Positions 1 through 11,868 of a DNA stretch of 64,000 nucleotides are shown piece after piece. A program made the translations under genes and the position numbers. The stretch comes from Octopus bimaculoides (taxonomy: Eukaryota). Each line of letters opens with the position of its first letter. Within the stretch, counting starts at the first letter, position 1. Under the pieces are notes generated by a model. It did no database searches. It saw only the letters and a list, made by a program, of their open reading frames with translations, and was not told the DNA's origin. The DNA is taken from positions 14,970,460-15,034,459 of the forward strand of contig NC_068998.1 in assembly GCF_001194135.2 (NCBI RefSeq), read 5' to 3'.

Positions 1-55
1 TCCCCAAAAGTTTCAGCCCTTGTGCCTATAGTAGAAAGGATTATTATTATTATTA
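1..55 (+). mobile_element. SINE family A, 3' tail only (window edge)
   Basis: ...ccttgtgcctatagtagaaaggattattatt is near-identical to the 3' end of the family-A copy at 232-460. Confidence 0.75.
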
Positions 56-76
56 ATTTCATTATTATTATTATTT

Positions 77-160
77 TATGTTTGACTTTTGCTTTGCATT
101 TGTACAAGTTGGATCCAAGTCTCACCCAGAGACCTCAAGAGACAACAAGTTAGAAGTTCA
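77..160 (-). mobile_element. Probable extremely 5'-truncated R4/Dong LINE 3' UTR inserted in an (ATT)n tract
   Basis: About 85 bp of unique sequence flanked on both sides by (ATT)n. The minus strand reads ...gaggtctctgggtgagacttgga...caaacataaaataataat, ending in (AAT)n like the other Dong copies. Family assignment is inference from recalled Dong 3' UTRs. Confidence 0.55.
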
Positions 161-223
<63 letters not shown>

Positions 224-231
224 TATTATTA

Positions 232-456
232 AGGCAGTGAGCTGGCGGCATCGTTAGCATGCCGGGGAAAATGCTTAGCGGTATTTCGTCCGTGTTTACG
301 TTCTGAGTTCAAATTCCGCTGAGGTCGACTTTGCCTTTCATCCTTTAGTGGGGGGGAGGGTCAATAAATTAAGTACCAGTCAAGAACTATGGTCTATGTG
401 TGATCGACTATCCCCGTCCCCAAAAAACTTCAAGCCTTGTGCCAATAGTAGAAAGG

Positions 457-460
<4 letters not shown>
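232..460 (+). mobile_element. SINE family A (tRNA-derived), full length, (ATT)n tail
   Basis: A-box-like tggcggcatcgttag, B-box gagttcaaattcc, core gtcgactttgcctttcatccttt, tail gccttgtgccaatagtagaaagg(att)n; many homologous copies in the window. Confidence 0.9.
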
Positions 461-498
<38 letters not shown>

Positions 499-555
499 GT
501 TGTTGTTGTTGTTGCTTTTGTTGTTGTTGTTGTTGTTGCTGTTGTTGCTGTTGTT
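456..555. repeat. Compound microsatellite (ATT)n-(GTT)n forming the SINE tail
   Basis: Direct reading. Confidence 0.95.
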
Positions 556-605
556 AAACTCTCATCACGCTTGCTTAATACTGCAACTACTACTATGGGT
601 TCGCT

Positions 606-821
606 TTCAAATTTTGTGCCATACAGGCAGCAATTTCGAAGTTAGGGCTAAGTCGATTACGTTGACCTTCATTGCTCAACTTTCAGTGCTCAACTGGTAC
701 TTAGAAAGGATAAAAGGCAAAGATCGACCTCGATGGAATTTGAACTCATAACGTAAAGACGGACGAAATGACGCTAAGCATTTTGTCCGGCGTGCTAATA
801 ATTCTGCCAACTCCCCGCCTT
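606..821 (-). mobile_element. SINE family A
   Basis: Reverse complement matches the family-A head (ggcgggga-gttggcagaa), B-box (ggaatttgaactc on plus) and tail. Confidence 0.85.
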
Positions 822-825
822 TGCT

Positions 826-841
826 GGTAGTAGTAGTAGTG

Positions 842-896
<55 letters not shown>

Positions 897-903
897 CAGC
901 AGC

Positions 904-950
<47 letters not shown>

Positions 951-1075
951 GAAGGAAGGAAGGAAGGAAGGAAGGAAGGAAGGAAGGAAGGAAGGGCGAG
1001 GAGTAGGAGAAGGAAGAAGGACGAGGAGGGGGTCGAGGTGGAGGACGAGGAGGGACACGACGGGGAGGAAAAAGA
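826..1075. repeat. Compound microsatellite (GTA)n(GCA)n(GTA)n(GGAA)n plus GGA-rich tract
   Basis: Direct reading; explains the poly-T/L/V ORFs in the track. Confidence 0.95.
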
Positions 1076-1860
1076 AGTATTGTGTTTAATATACTCACAA
1101 GACCTGAGACACCACAGAAGAAATATACAAAAAAGAGGTGTCTAAATCGAATCATGTTATCAGCAATGTTAGTTTCTTCGCAGATGGCGCCATTGACCCA
1201 GCAAAATTTCCATATCTTTGCGACTGACGTAAATTTCTAAGAAAATATAACGAATTATTACACTACGACTTTTTTTTTTTTCTTTTGAATCGTCAACATC
1301 CTTATTAAGTTATCTTCATTTCTTTCCATTTTGATGATAGTATGTGGTATTGAAATGCTGACAATGAATGAAGCTGTTGACGATGACAATGATGTTGATG
1401 TGAAGGAGAAGGAGGAGGAGGATAAAGTTGATGATGAATATTATGGTGAGGAGGAGGTGGAGGTCAATGAAAATGGTGAGGATGAGGAGAAGGAAGAGGT
1501 GGATTTCTTTTATTGCGACTAGAGCAAAATCATGTAAGGAAAATATAAAAGAAAATACGTTCGTACGGTGTTCCATGAGTATACTCTTCCATACATAGTT
1601 ATATATAAATGTGAGAGGAGCAAAGACAGTTTGTAATATATTAAGGCAGATTAATTTGTTTTAATTACATATAATAATAAAATGAATAGTTAAGAAAATT
1701 AGGAATAAATAAAAGTAGATACTGATAAAGACATCCCATGTACCTATAAATGTAAGAGGACGCAGCATGGGGTCTCATCAGGGCATCCGAAGATCATAAC
1801 AATTCATCACTTCATTATACAGTACATCCATTTACTGAAGGGGGGGCAACATACATACAT

Positions 1861-1906
<46 letters not shown>

Positions 1907-2221
1907 GCAAATAAACATACATTAATGAATAGAAAGAAATAAGAGCCCACCACTTATCAACCGGATGAGAGACCACCATTTAATTTGGATTAGAACTCTC
2001 CTCTCTTGTCGCTCTACAAATCTTCTATAAAATACATTTTTTTAATTCAACAATTGTCTAAAACCTGTAAATTCTTCAACGTTCCAAGGAGGAGAATTGA
2101 AGCATTTGTAGCTTTCAGTCAAGTTTTCTCCCACCGTAAATACATGATGGGCTCTTTTTCTATTCCCCCTATTTCTGGTTGGGCGTATTTACTTATGACT
2201 GTACATTCTGATTTCACTCAC

Positions 2222-2307
2222 ATTGCATAGATAATATTAAGTACAACCCAGTACTGGGATCGTCCTTTTAATGGCCGCTTTTGAGCTTCAGTTAAGAAAA
2301 TTACAAT
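2222..2307 (-). CDS. Candidate internal exon, IVIFLTEAQKRPLKGRSQYWVVLNIIYA (unidentified, possibly membrane protein)
   Basis: Minus strand: ...atgctttcag| 86 nt |gtgagt; only one frame is open through the whole interval; no homology recognised. Confidence 0.3.
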
Positions 2308-2384
2308 CTGAAAGCATCGGAGATATAGTGGGACAGTCCGAAAGTTTTGTAAATGGACAATTGCACATATCTAAATTTGATATT

Positions 2385-2592
2385 GGCTTCAAATTTTAGA
2401 GCAAGGCCAGCTAGTTCGGAAGAGGGATGAGTCAATTACATCGACCCTGCTCTCAACTGATACTTATTTTATCACCCCGAAAGGATGAAAAACAAAATAA
2501 ACCTCGACGAAATTTGAACTCCGTAAAGACGGGCGAAATGCCGCGAAGTATTTTGCCCAGTGTTATTATCAATTTTGCCAGCTCGCCGCCTT
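2385..2592 (-). mobile_element. SINE family A
   Basis: Homology to 34942-35172 and 59855-60073 on the reverse strand. Confidence 0.85.
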
Positions 2593-4344
2593 ATGTCGAA
2601 ATTTGATATTAATAGCCTGACAAGAATCTTAAGAGTATGGCACAATCATTTACTCATACCAGGTATAATGCTGCAGCATGAAAAAACTATGAACAGGGCT
2701 AACCTCCATGGAATACATTAGTTCAGTCTTGTTGTATGCAAGTTTCTAATATTTTTATAGACATATTTTGTGGTTTCGCGATACATCAGCCTAAGTGATA
2801 TAGAATTTAAGAATTTATTGGCCAACAATCACAATACCAATATTCATTGTCACAGTTTTCTACACACGGATACACACACACACACATATATATATATGTA
2901 TATGCTTGGATCCCATTAATAATTCAGCTATTCGTTTTCAACACTGAAAAATATTTTGAAGAAAGAGAATTGCAGTTAAGATAACAGTATATACTTAAAA
3001 ACACACACCTGTGTCAGCTTTCAACAATCACAAAAGAAAAACCATCGAGATTTTTTTCACTAAAGTGATGATATATGTTAGATCTCTTTAGTGTAGATTC
3101 TTCCATTACAGAGTACTTGATCTCTGCAGATACCAAAAGGTTCTCTCTCTCTTCTTCTCTTTCTCCCTTTTCTCACTCTATCTCTCTTCCCCTCTTTCTC
3201 GCTCTTTCTCGTTCGGTCTCTCTCACTATCCACCTACAAACTACGTTGACTTTCAAGATTCGAGAATTCCTATGCCTTAAGCTCTTTTGTATATCTTTCA
3301 TACAAATCTGAACGTGAATTATTTCTTCGCTGTCTTCGTTTTCACAGTGTAGAATATTAAATAATTGTGACAAATGTGAGGAGTACAATATATTCTGATC
3401 TAATTCTATCATTCTCTCAGAATATCTCTTCATTACCGATCGCTTCCTGATCTTTCCAAGGCTAATACTGAAGGCATTTTTTTTTATTCCTTTTACCCTG
3501 ATATCTCAGCATTCGTTTATCGCACCATCAAACTCACATTAATCTCAGTATTAGCGATTCACTTGTATTAAAATAACTGCCAGTTTTTCCGTATCTCATT
3601 CCATTGATCCCTCTTTCTAAATCGGATTTCTCTTGTGCCTCTTTCCTATGTTTCGCAACTACTCTATCCTTTCTGTTTAAATATGTTGTTAAGAATAGTA
3701 TATGAATTTATTAAGATTATTTATTATCCATCTTCTCGAGTTGTTCCTATTTCGTTTTCCAATACCAATATATTTGATACAAAACCTCTCTCTGCCACTT
3801 TCCATTTGTTAACACTGTCCTTCTTTCAAATACCATTCCTCTCTGCACTATTTCTGTCGCTGTAGTCATTCATCTTCTCCTTCCCCTCCTCTTACAGCTT
3901 CATCATCTTCTTTTCTTTTCTTCTCTTTCTTCTCTTCCATGTTATGAAGATAATCATGAGGATTTTGATAATCTATCACTTCTCTCTCATGATCATATTC
4001 ACCATCCTCATCCTTACCATCGTCGTCGTCGTCATCATCATCATCATCATCATCATCAACATTCTCATCATTCTCATCATAAATATCATCACATTGTCTC
4101 TATTCTGTTCTCCTTTTGCGTTTTCTTCTTAGTATGAAGGCGAGAAGAGTAAAGTATTAGAAGAATCGACATACCGTCGGACACAATTCCTTATAGAATT
4201 AATTCACATACCTTTACGTTCAGAGTTCACAACTCGCTAATTCTAATTTACACTTTTATCTTTCAGAGGTCGATAAAAAAGAGTACCATTCAAGTATCGA
4301 CCGGACTAATAAACTGCTTTCTTTCTGACTTTTTTCATATTTAT

Positions 4345-4740
4345 AGGCACATGAGTGGTTGTCTTGTAAGTAGCTTGCTTACCAATCACATGGTTCCGGG
4401 TTCATTCCCACTGATTGGCACCTTGGGCAAGTGCCTTCAACTATAGCCTCGGGTCGACCAAAGTCTTGTGAGTGGATTTGATAGCCCGTCGTATATATGT
4501 ATATGTATATGTATGTGTGTGTATATGTTTGTGTGTCTCTGTTTGTCCCCCCAACATCGCTTGACAACCGACGGTGGTGTGTTTGTGTCCTCGTAACTTA
4601 GCGGTTCGGCAAAAGAGACTGATAGAATAAGTACTAGGCTTACGAAGAATAAGTCCTGGGATCGAGTTGCTCGACTAAACGTGGTGCTCCAGCATGGCCG
4701 CAGTCAAATGACTGAAACAAGTAAAAGAGTAAAAGAGTAT
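4345..4740 (+). mobile_element. SINE family B (tRNA-like head, internal TA/TG microsatellite, tail tgactgaaacaagtaaaaga)
   Basis: Head gtggttgtcttgtaagtagcttgcttaccaatcacatggttccgggttcattcccactg; homologous copy at 48872-49295. Confidence 0.85.
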
Positions 4741-4744
4741 AATA

Positions 4745-5160
4745 GTCCTTTCTACTGAAGACACAGGGCTTGCAATTTCAGGGGAGGGGGCCAGTCGATT
4801 ACATTTGCTCCTAGTACTGAACTGGTATATATTTCATCGACACCGAAAGGATACAAAGCAGGGTCAATCTCGGCGGAATTTGAAGTTAGAACATAAAGAC
4901 GGACAAAATGCCGTCAGGCGTGTTAGCGATTCTGCAGCTCAGTAATAATTTTCTAATTTATGCACAGAGCCAGCAGTTTTAGGCGGAGGTGGTTAATCGC
5001 TTACAGTGGCCTCAATATTTGAGTGCTATTTTATTTTATCGACCTCGATAAGATGGAAGGCAAAGTCAACCTCAGAGGTTTTGGGGTAGAGGTCATAAGG
5101 AGCCGAAAGAAATACTGCTAAGCATTTTGTTCATTTCGCTCACGATTCTGTCACCTCAAT
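4745..5160 (-). mobile_element. Two tandem diverged SINE family A copies
   Basis: Two successive reverse-strand matches (catcgacaccgaaagga...ggaatttgaag; atcgacctcgataagatggaaggcaaagtcaacctc). Confidence 0.7.
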
Positions 5161-5235
5161 ATTTGACCTTGTGTCTATGTTAGACCAGGACAAAATCCAG
5201 TGCAACATTTAATGATGGGCCTTGAAGGTCTAATT

Positions 5236-5360
5236 CAGGGGTTCTCAACCATTTTTTACTTATGAATTCCCTTTCATTCCTGTTTTATTTGGGTGGTCCC
5301 TCATAACAATTCGATGTTTAAAAAATCCTATTATACTTTTATAATAGGATTATGAGGATG
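5236..5360 (+). mobile_element. hAT-like transposon/MITE left end (orphan TIR)
   Basis: caggggttctcaacc resembles the hAT (Charlie-type) TIR start; no matching right TIR found. Confidence 0.35.
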
Positions 5361-5639
5361 TTATGAGGTATTTTATAACAAACATGTTAAAATAGCTTGT
5401 GTATTGTAAAAGTAAAAACAGTTTATTACACATAAATATTAACACTAAATTCTTGTATGGGCTCGACGTTAAAGAAAAAAAAAATAGGTGTTGAAAGTGT
5501 TGTGTTATAAGATCGGACACGATATCAGGTAGTTCCAAAACTCATGTCCTTAACTATGCAGCTACATTTTAAAGAACTCACTATTACAGAGTTGGTAGAA
5601 TTCTTTGCCTTTATCGTATGGGAATGAAATGGAGAGAAT

Positions 5640-6240
5640 CAATCAATCTAAATTAAATTGTTTATTACGATCTTTTAGATACCAAATCAATTTACTAAGC
5701 CCTGTATTGTTGCGTTTATTACTATCCTTAAATGTAGAGTAATGATTAGAAGTTCTTTTAGATAACTGAGAAGAAGAACTACCTATATAAAAAAAAGACA
5801 TCAGTACCGAAAGTAATTTAACACTGGTATATAGAGTTTTTAGTCTTAGAATTACTAGACATAAACTTAATTCTGTTGGAATTGACTTCAAAGACAAAAA
5901 CCTTGTTGTTAATATTACTAGCTAAATTGATGTTAGTATTTTCAGTAATTGGATTCTTATTTAACAGACTAATATTATGTGAAGAGATAATTTGTGAAAG
6001 ATTTTTTATGTTAGTAAAACTGATCCTAAACGTGTGCGAGTTGATAATCGAGTAATACCTAGAATTCTTTGGAAAGTTCCTAATAATAGCTTCACGAAAC
6101 TGGAAAGGAAGATTAGATTTCATTTGCTTCACATCAGGAATAATCGACCATATAGTTTTGCTAGTAGTTGCCTTATTGTTAGTGTAACTATCTTTAAAAG
6201 ACTTCGATTTACCTTTAGAATGAAAAAAGGGTCTTAAATA
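5640..6240 (-). mobile_element. Penelope-like element fragment, Naiad-type RT-to-GIY-YIG linker and endonuclease (degenerate)
   Basis: Translations ...QFREAIIRNFPKNSRYYSIINSHTFRISFTNIKNLSQIISSHN... and FFYIGSSSSQLSKRTSNHYSTFK...NTGLSKLIWYLKD match the YIG..FK.R..NH..SF...T.LS..IW.LK pattern; contains stops and frameshifts. Confidence 0.8.
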
Positions 6241-6249
6241 ACTGTTTTC

Positions 6250-6640
6250 TCACTTACGCTGTGAAAAACCGATCGGCCAGCCTGTGACCCGTCTGACCAA
6301 CGTGGAGTTTATTACAGAGATTACATCTAATGCAATAGATAAGGCTTGAAGAGGTGCAGGAGAAGAAGTTTCTAATGTGGTGAGTGTGTTGGTTGGATAC
6401 AGTGATGGAGGTGCTGTTGGTGATGAAAGGGCAGGTGTGACAGCGGGATCTAGAGCAAGGAAAGGATCCGGGTGGGGTTGGGGGAAGAGGAGAAGGTGCT
6501 ACGGACCAGTAGATCGCGTAGGTTACGGGCGCGTTTAAAGGAGGACAGTGGTGGGTTGAGAAAAATAGGGTGGGTGGTGGTATCTAGCTGGAGACGACAG
6601 AAGGCCCGAAGGATCCTCCGACAAAGGGGTAGGGATATTT
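6250..6640 (-). mobile_element. Penelope-like element fragment, Neptune-type GIY-YIG endonuclease
   Basis: IFLNPPLSSFKRARNLRDLLVRS, then after a frameshift GSFPCSRSRCHTCPFI...FSCTSSSLIYCIRCNLCNKLHVGQTGHRLADRF. Confidence 0.85.
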
Positions 6641-6764
6641 GTATTGATATATATGCATGTGTGTATGCATGCGTGTGTGTGCATGTGAATGTATGTGTAT
6701 GTATGTTTGTGTGCATGTATACATGTATATATATATGTGTGTGTGTATGTGTGTGTGTGTATGC

Positions 6765-6802
<38 letters not shown>

Positions 6803-6835
6803 ATATACGCGGTTGTGCGTATGTGTGTTTGTGAA
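6640..6835. repeat. (TG)n/(TA)n microsatellite mosaic
   Basis: Direct reading. Confidence 0.95.
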
Positions 6836-8496
6836 AACACTCACAGTAAGAAGGAGAGAGGGAACGAGAAAGAGATGCGTGTGAACGTCGATACGCATGT
6901 CTAGGCATTCGAGTATAGAAGCGACGAATAGACTGAATTATTAGAGCAACTGAGAGATTGCTTTGCATCATTCGTTCCCTCGCTCTAGTCTCTGAGATCA
7001 AATAACATCGAGGTAAACCTTACCACTGATTTTGCCGGTGGCTCACTTAACATTCCATCAGGAAGTGTGAGTTCAAGCTCTTGACTAATGCCATTCGTTT
7101 ATACATGCACGGACATATTTATTTTGTGCTTGTACGCGTATGTCTGCATATGACGAGTGCCCGCGCAGTTTCCCTGTGCTATACTGTATTAGCCGACTCC
7201 AGGTTGGCGTAGAATACAACAGTCTTTGAAGACGCGTATCGGGATTGAATCGAGAAATAATTGCATACCGCCTGCGTTAGTAGCTTCTCTCCAGACATGT
7301 TTGCTATTATATTTATGAATTAGAGAATACTATAGTTATTATCACTATTGAATTTTCTGCAGAATGCTATATGTTGTAGTATTTTCTATTTGACTAGTCT
7401 ACTGTATTTATTTCCTTCAATTTAAGATAAAGCATGACTGTTTAAGAAGTTTGTTTGGCAACCACGACGTGACACATTGCACAAACATTTCTTTACAGTA
7501 GCCTTGTGCTGGTCAATACATTGTAAGAGGAAATGCTGCTAGCAGTGGTGGTGGTGTGTGGTGGTGATGTTGCTGCTGCTTCTAGCGGCGTCACAGGACT
7601 CTCATACAAGTCGCTGAAGGTGTGGATAAAGAAAATACTAATGTAGCAAACGAAAGCCTAAATAATAGCATTAATATCATCAATTAACATCAAACTCTCT
7701 CAAAAATATAGACAATAATGAAACACTAAGAACAAAATCGATAATAGAAATGTAAAAATCTGTGATAACGGTTGCAATAACAGCATCGGCAGAGACAGCA
7801 ATGACGGAGGTGATACCGGGAGAGAAAATGTCACGAAGAAATATACAGAAACAACAGTTCTGGGATGGATGATAACGAAAGATCATGAATACACTTAGTA
7901 GTCAAAATCATGACCACAAATATTGGCAAGCTGGAACCATAAGTCATCAAAGATCTATGAATTTTATTTACCAATGATAAAGAGTTACATGTTGATGCCT
8001 CGGTCAAATGACAAACCCAAACTCACATCACATATAATGGAACAGTGCTGGCTGTGTCTACCAACTGGGCTGTGCGTAGTTTCTCAACATCGTAAAAATG
8101 ACAACTATATCTCCATTGAAGAATTTATTCTGTTGTTCTATTTAGCAACACCATTTGGCGCTTGAGTTGCAAGCATTCGGTTCTACTACGTTTTCATAAT
8201 AACTTCTTCCTACTATTCCTGTACACCTTAAATGAAGCCGATACTGACATAAAAGTCCCGACTATACTTCCATTCGAGGATTTAATGTATTACACAGTTT
8301 AACAACACTATCTGCTACTTGGATTTATTTTGAGAATTCAACTTCTTCCTAGTTTAACAGGACACTCTGGATGAAGCCATAAGTACTTTTCTCTGACTGA
8401 ATTATAAAAGACAATCTTACCATTTTGAAAATAAAGACTAATAAAAATGATCTAATAAAAATGATGGGATAATAATGTTTGGATCACAATTGATTC

Positions 8497-8712
8497 TAGG
8501 CGATATGGCAGCATTATTACCGCCACGAACAAAATGTTTTGCGATATTTCTTCCGACTCTTAACTTTCTAAGTTCAAATGCCTCCGAAGGAGACTTTGCA
8601 TTTCACCCTCTATGGTTTCAAAGAATAAGTACCTGCCAAATAGTGAATCGATTAAATCGACTAGCTCTTCTCACGCACAATTCCAGGTCTTGTGCCTATA
8701 TTACAAAAGGAT
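8497..8712 (+). mobile_element. SINE family A, diverged
   Basis: ggcgatatggcagc...aagttcaaatgcctccgaaggagactttgcatttc...gtcttgtgcctatattacaaaagga. Confidence 0.75.
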
Positions 8713-9234
8713 TTTAAATGACTTTAAGCCTTCTTTTTCAAAGTAGAGGAAAGACGCTCTTTTGACTTTGTGAGCGTAACTTTTGTTTTGGAGTAATGGA
8801 CGAAGAAAACTTACAATGCAATACAGTGGCAGAAAGGTTCACGTAGGTTTGGCTGTGTAGCTAAGTAGTTTGCTTCGCTTCCAGCTGGATCAAAATTCGA
8901 TCATTCTTAATCGTGATACCTCGGGGAGGTGACTTCATGCTAGTCAATGTCTTAGATCACGTAATTTGCTTGAAGGTAAGTGGTCGGAAGCCTTCCCTAC
9001 CAATGCGAAAGTGTATCGTTCGTCAAAAGATGTAAACACGAGCGAGAAAACTAGTAAAATCAGTGTTCATTGAACAACGTATTCACAAAATTTGTTCTGC
9101 ATCAAGTCACAGACACACCTTTGCCATTCTTACTCTCGACGTCATAAATGGTCGCATAACCGATGATTGACTGAGTGGCAACGACGTTATAGTTAACTAA
9201 TTATGATATCAAATAAAAATAAATGAACAAGTAC

Positions 9235-9337
9235 CTCTGCGTAGAAGTAAATGATAAATGAAGATCCGTACAGAATTCTAGTATCAACAGAGGTAAATGC
9301 CTGGCTTGTGAAAACCGACGTAAACATTTGCAGGAAG
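9235..9337 (-). CDS. Speculative exon with ATG at 9327, MFTSVFTSQAFTSVDTRILYGSSFIIYFYAE
   Basis: Minus strand: weak acceptor (tttaacag), donor gag|gtactt, phase 0; phase-compatible with the 2222-2307 candidate. Confidence 0.15.
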
Positions 9338-10019
9338 CTGTTAAACTGTCTATGATCGATCTGTTTTACTCATGAGCAACATGGACATAATGACAACGAA
9401 GATGTAAACGTTTCGCTGTTATTGTTACTGCACAAACTATTAGCGGGAGGAGGCATGGGCGTGAAAGTGGATGAATGTCATAATGGCGGTGACAGTGAAT
9501 AAACGAGGGCCTCACCTTTCATCTAATCACGCCAACCAAGCCAAAACGGAATAGCACGAGTCTACACCAGCACAAAATCCAATACTTCATTTATGAACCA
9601 CGTGAAGTGAAGAAGTGAAGACGGTGATATCTTCACTGATGTTGTAGTAGCGTCATTCTGAAACGCTGTATATGTCTCGTTGTATTTAGGCGCTCTACTA
9701 TTAATGTGGATGGTCTATGGTGAGCTGGAGCCTGAATCAGCAACAAATCATTAGGGTACTTGCCTTTATCATACGTTTGTGTCGTTATATGAATTGCAAA
9801 TCCGATCTGTTTCTTTAACTAAAAATATATTTCTATTTTCTTTAGCAATTTCCCTTTCTCTATGTCTACTGAGCACAAGTTTCCAAACCGATCTTAATGC
9901 CAGTTTCCCTATATCATGGCTCCGTTTCATTAGTTATTTATTTACTGAATACAGCTAGAATAAATTGACCCCATATACAGGGTGTAGCTGAATACTGTCA
10001 CGTAACACATAACCATCAT

Positions 10020-10275
10020 TCACATGACTTGGCAGGAAATACCATACTTTCGCTGATTAGTTTAGGTGCTTGCGTATTCGCCAGTAAGCATAGACACACT
10101 CTCGACTCTGTTGCTATTAACTTGGCACATCCAGGATTATACAGTTGAAAGAGGAAAGAGTTGCGTTGTCACTCGTTAGTGCAAATGTTCAACAGAGTAG
10201 ACAGAAACGGTATGAAATGACCCACCTTGTTAAAGGGCATAACGCGCCGATGAGTTCAAGAATCGAACCCTCGGA
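10020..10275 (-). mobile_element. Diverged tRNA-derived SINE (C/D-like)
   Basis: aagggcataacgcgccg...aagaatcgaaccctcgg is a reversed B-box head. Confidence 0.5.
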
Positions 10276-10739
10276 CTTATGTGTTGTTTAACGATATTAA
10301 TACTAGGCATAAAAAGAGCGGAAAAGGGGGCTCATTTTGAATGTTTCATATTATAGGTATTGTATTTCTTTATAGAATTCCTTCTTCTATGATGTCAATA
10401 AATTGTTTTTCCTTTAACTTGTTTGATGCGGATGCTTATTATGTCTCTCACTTCCTTGTTTATGGCTAAAATTTCCAGAATACTGAAGATGGGTGCGAAA
10501 ACAGTCAAAAGCATTTTTCGTAATCAATCTATGTTATGTACAGAACCTTCTTTATCTACAGCATTCAGTTTTATCGTTATAGATAAAATATGATACATCC
10601 ATATTAGTTTTCACAGTATTCTTTCTGATGGATTTTTTTTTATTAAGATAAGTATATAAAGCATTGCAGAAATATTACTAAGTCGTTTTTATATAGGAAG
10701 GAAGTTTATGGATCACTAGGTTTAGAGTTTGGGCGATTT

Positions 10740-11868
10740 ATTATTATTATAATTATTTTCATATATACACAACAGATGAGACTGTTTGAAAAGAAAAGAA
10801 TCCTAACATCGAACTACAAGTAGATTTAGATGCCAAGAACCCTCCTATCAGGCTACAACAAGTAACTTTAAATATCAAGAACCCTCCTAAATATCCTAGC
10901 TGTCCCTAAAAACACTGTTTTCTGCAACTGTACCAAACTGGGTTTTATGCCTATTTCCTCTATCCATCTGTTCAGATCTTTAGGGATAGCTCTCAAAGCA
11001 CTTTCCAAAGTCTCTGTAATTCAATAGCTAGGTCCTGGTACTTTGCTATTTTTTCTATACCGTTCATATTAATATTTTCCTTATGTGGGACTGTAACGTC
11101 AATTTATCTGGCACTTTCTCTCTTTATCTACTACTACCAAATCAGGCCTTTAGCTTCTATTACTCTGTCAGTCTGAATGTTAAAGTCCCACATCTTGTAT
11201 CTCTTACTTTCTAGTGCGTTAATAGGTTCATGTTCATACCATTTATCAGTATGCTCAAATCCTAGCTTTCTACATGGCTTCCAGTGGATTGCTCTCCCTA
11301 GATTGTCATGTCTTTTCTTGTATTATTTCTGTGCCAGCATGCTACATTCACTTACTATATAAGTTACGCTTTTCTCTTTTGATTTGCATAATTTACATTG
11401 GGAATCTACTTGGTTTTTGTCTATATTTGCTTTTATCCAATTAGTCCTTAATGCTTGATCTTGTGCAGTTACTAAGAAACTTTCTGTCTTCCTTTTCAGC
11501 TTTCTTTTCTGCAACCATAACCACGTCTCACTATTACTCTTTGTTGCAACTATTTTGGGGAATCTACCACGTAACGCCTTCTCCTCCCAGTTAGATAATT
11601 TCTTTCTTTTTCTGGCTTTTAACATCGTTTGGACTTTTGGTTTCCCTATGTCTTTCTGTGACCCTAGCAGCTTTCAATATACTTTCTTCACTATTACCTA
11701 GATAGAAGTCTATATATACTCTAACTCCAAGTAGTCTTCTATTTCTTTCTAGGTATGGATAATCTTGCTACTCCTGCCCTTGGATGGAGTTCTCCATTCA
11801 TATTGAATTCCTTCCTAGTTCTTCTGTCAAGCTTTGCTAATTCAATTTTTGTCCAATCTACAAAAGCT
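10740..11868 (-). mobile_element. R4/Dong-clade non-LTR retrotransposon, 3' portion (RT thumb, CCHC knuckle, RLE nuclease), pseudogenised; runs into gap
   Basis: WTKIELAKLDRRTRKEFNMNGELHPRAGVARL; LKRKTESFLVTAQDQALRTN..CKLC; YKKRHDN..IHW; WDFNIQTDRV..RPDLVVVDK..IDVTVP..EKIAKYQDL; LQKTVFLGTARIFRRVLDI* (stop 10868-10870); short (AAT)n tail. Confidence 0.9.

Noticed and set aside
348-1576. ORFs with poly-Y/C/I/V/L/T/E tracts
   Set aside because: Translations of trinucleotide and GGAA microsatellites and SINE sequence; no domain content.
1741-1800. CTGATGA (hammerhead ribozyme core) on the minus strand here and at about 62405
   Set aside because: No GAAA after a closable stem II, so the hammerhead topology cannot be built; none found beside the PLE fragments either.
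5324-5351. 11-bp inverted repeat aatcctattat/ataataggatt
   Set aside because: Short and AT-only in an AT-rich background; not distinguishable from chance or MITE internal sequence.
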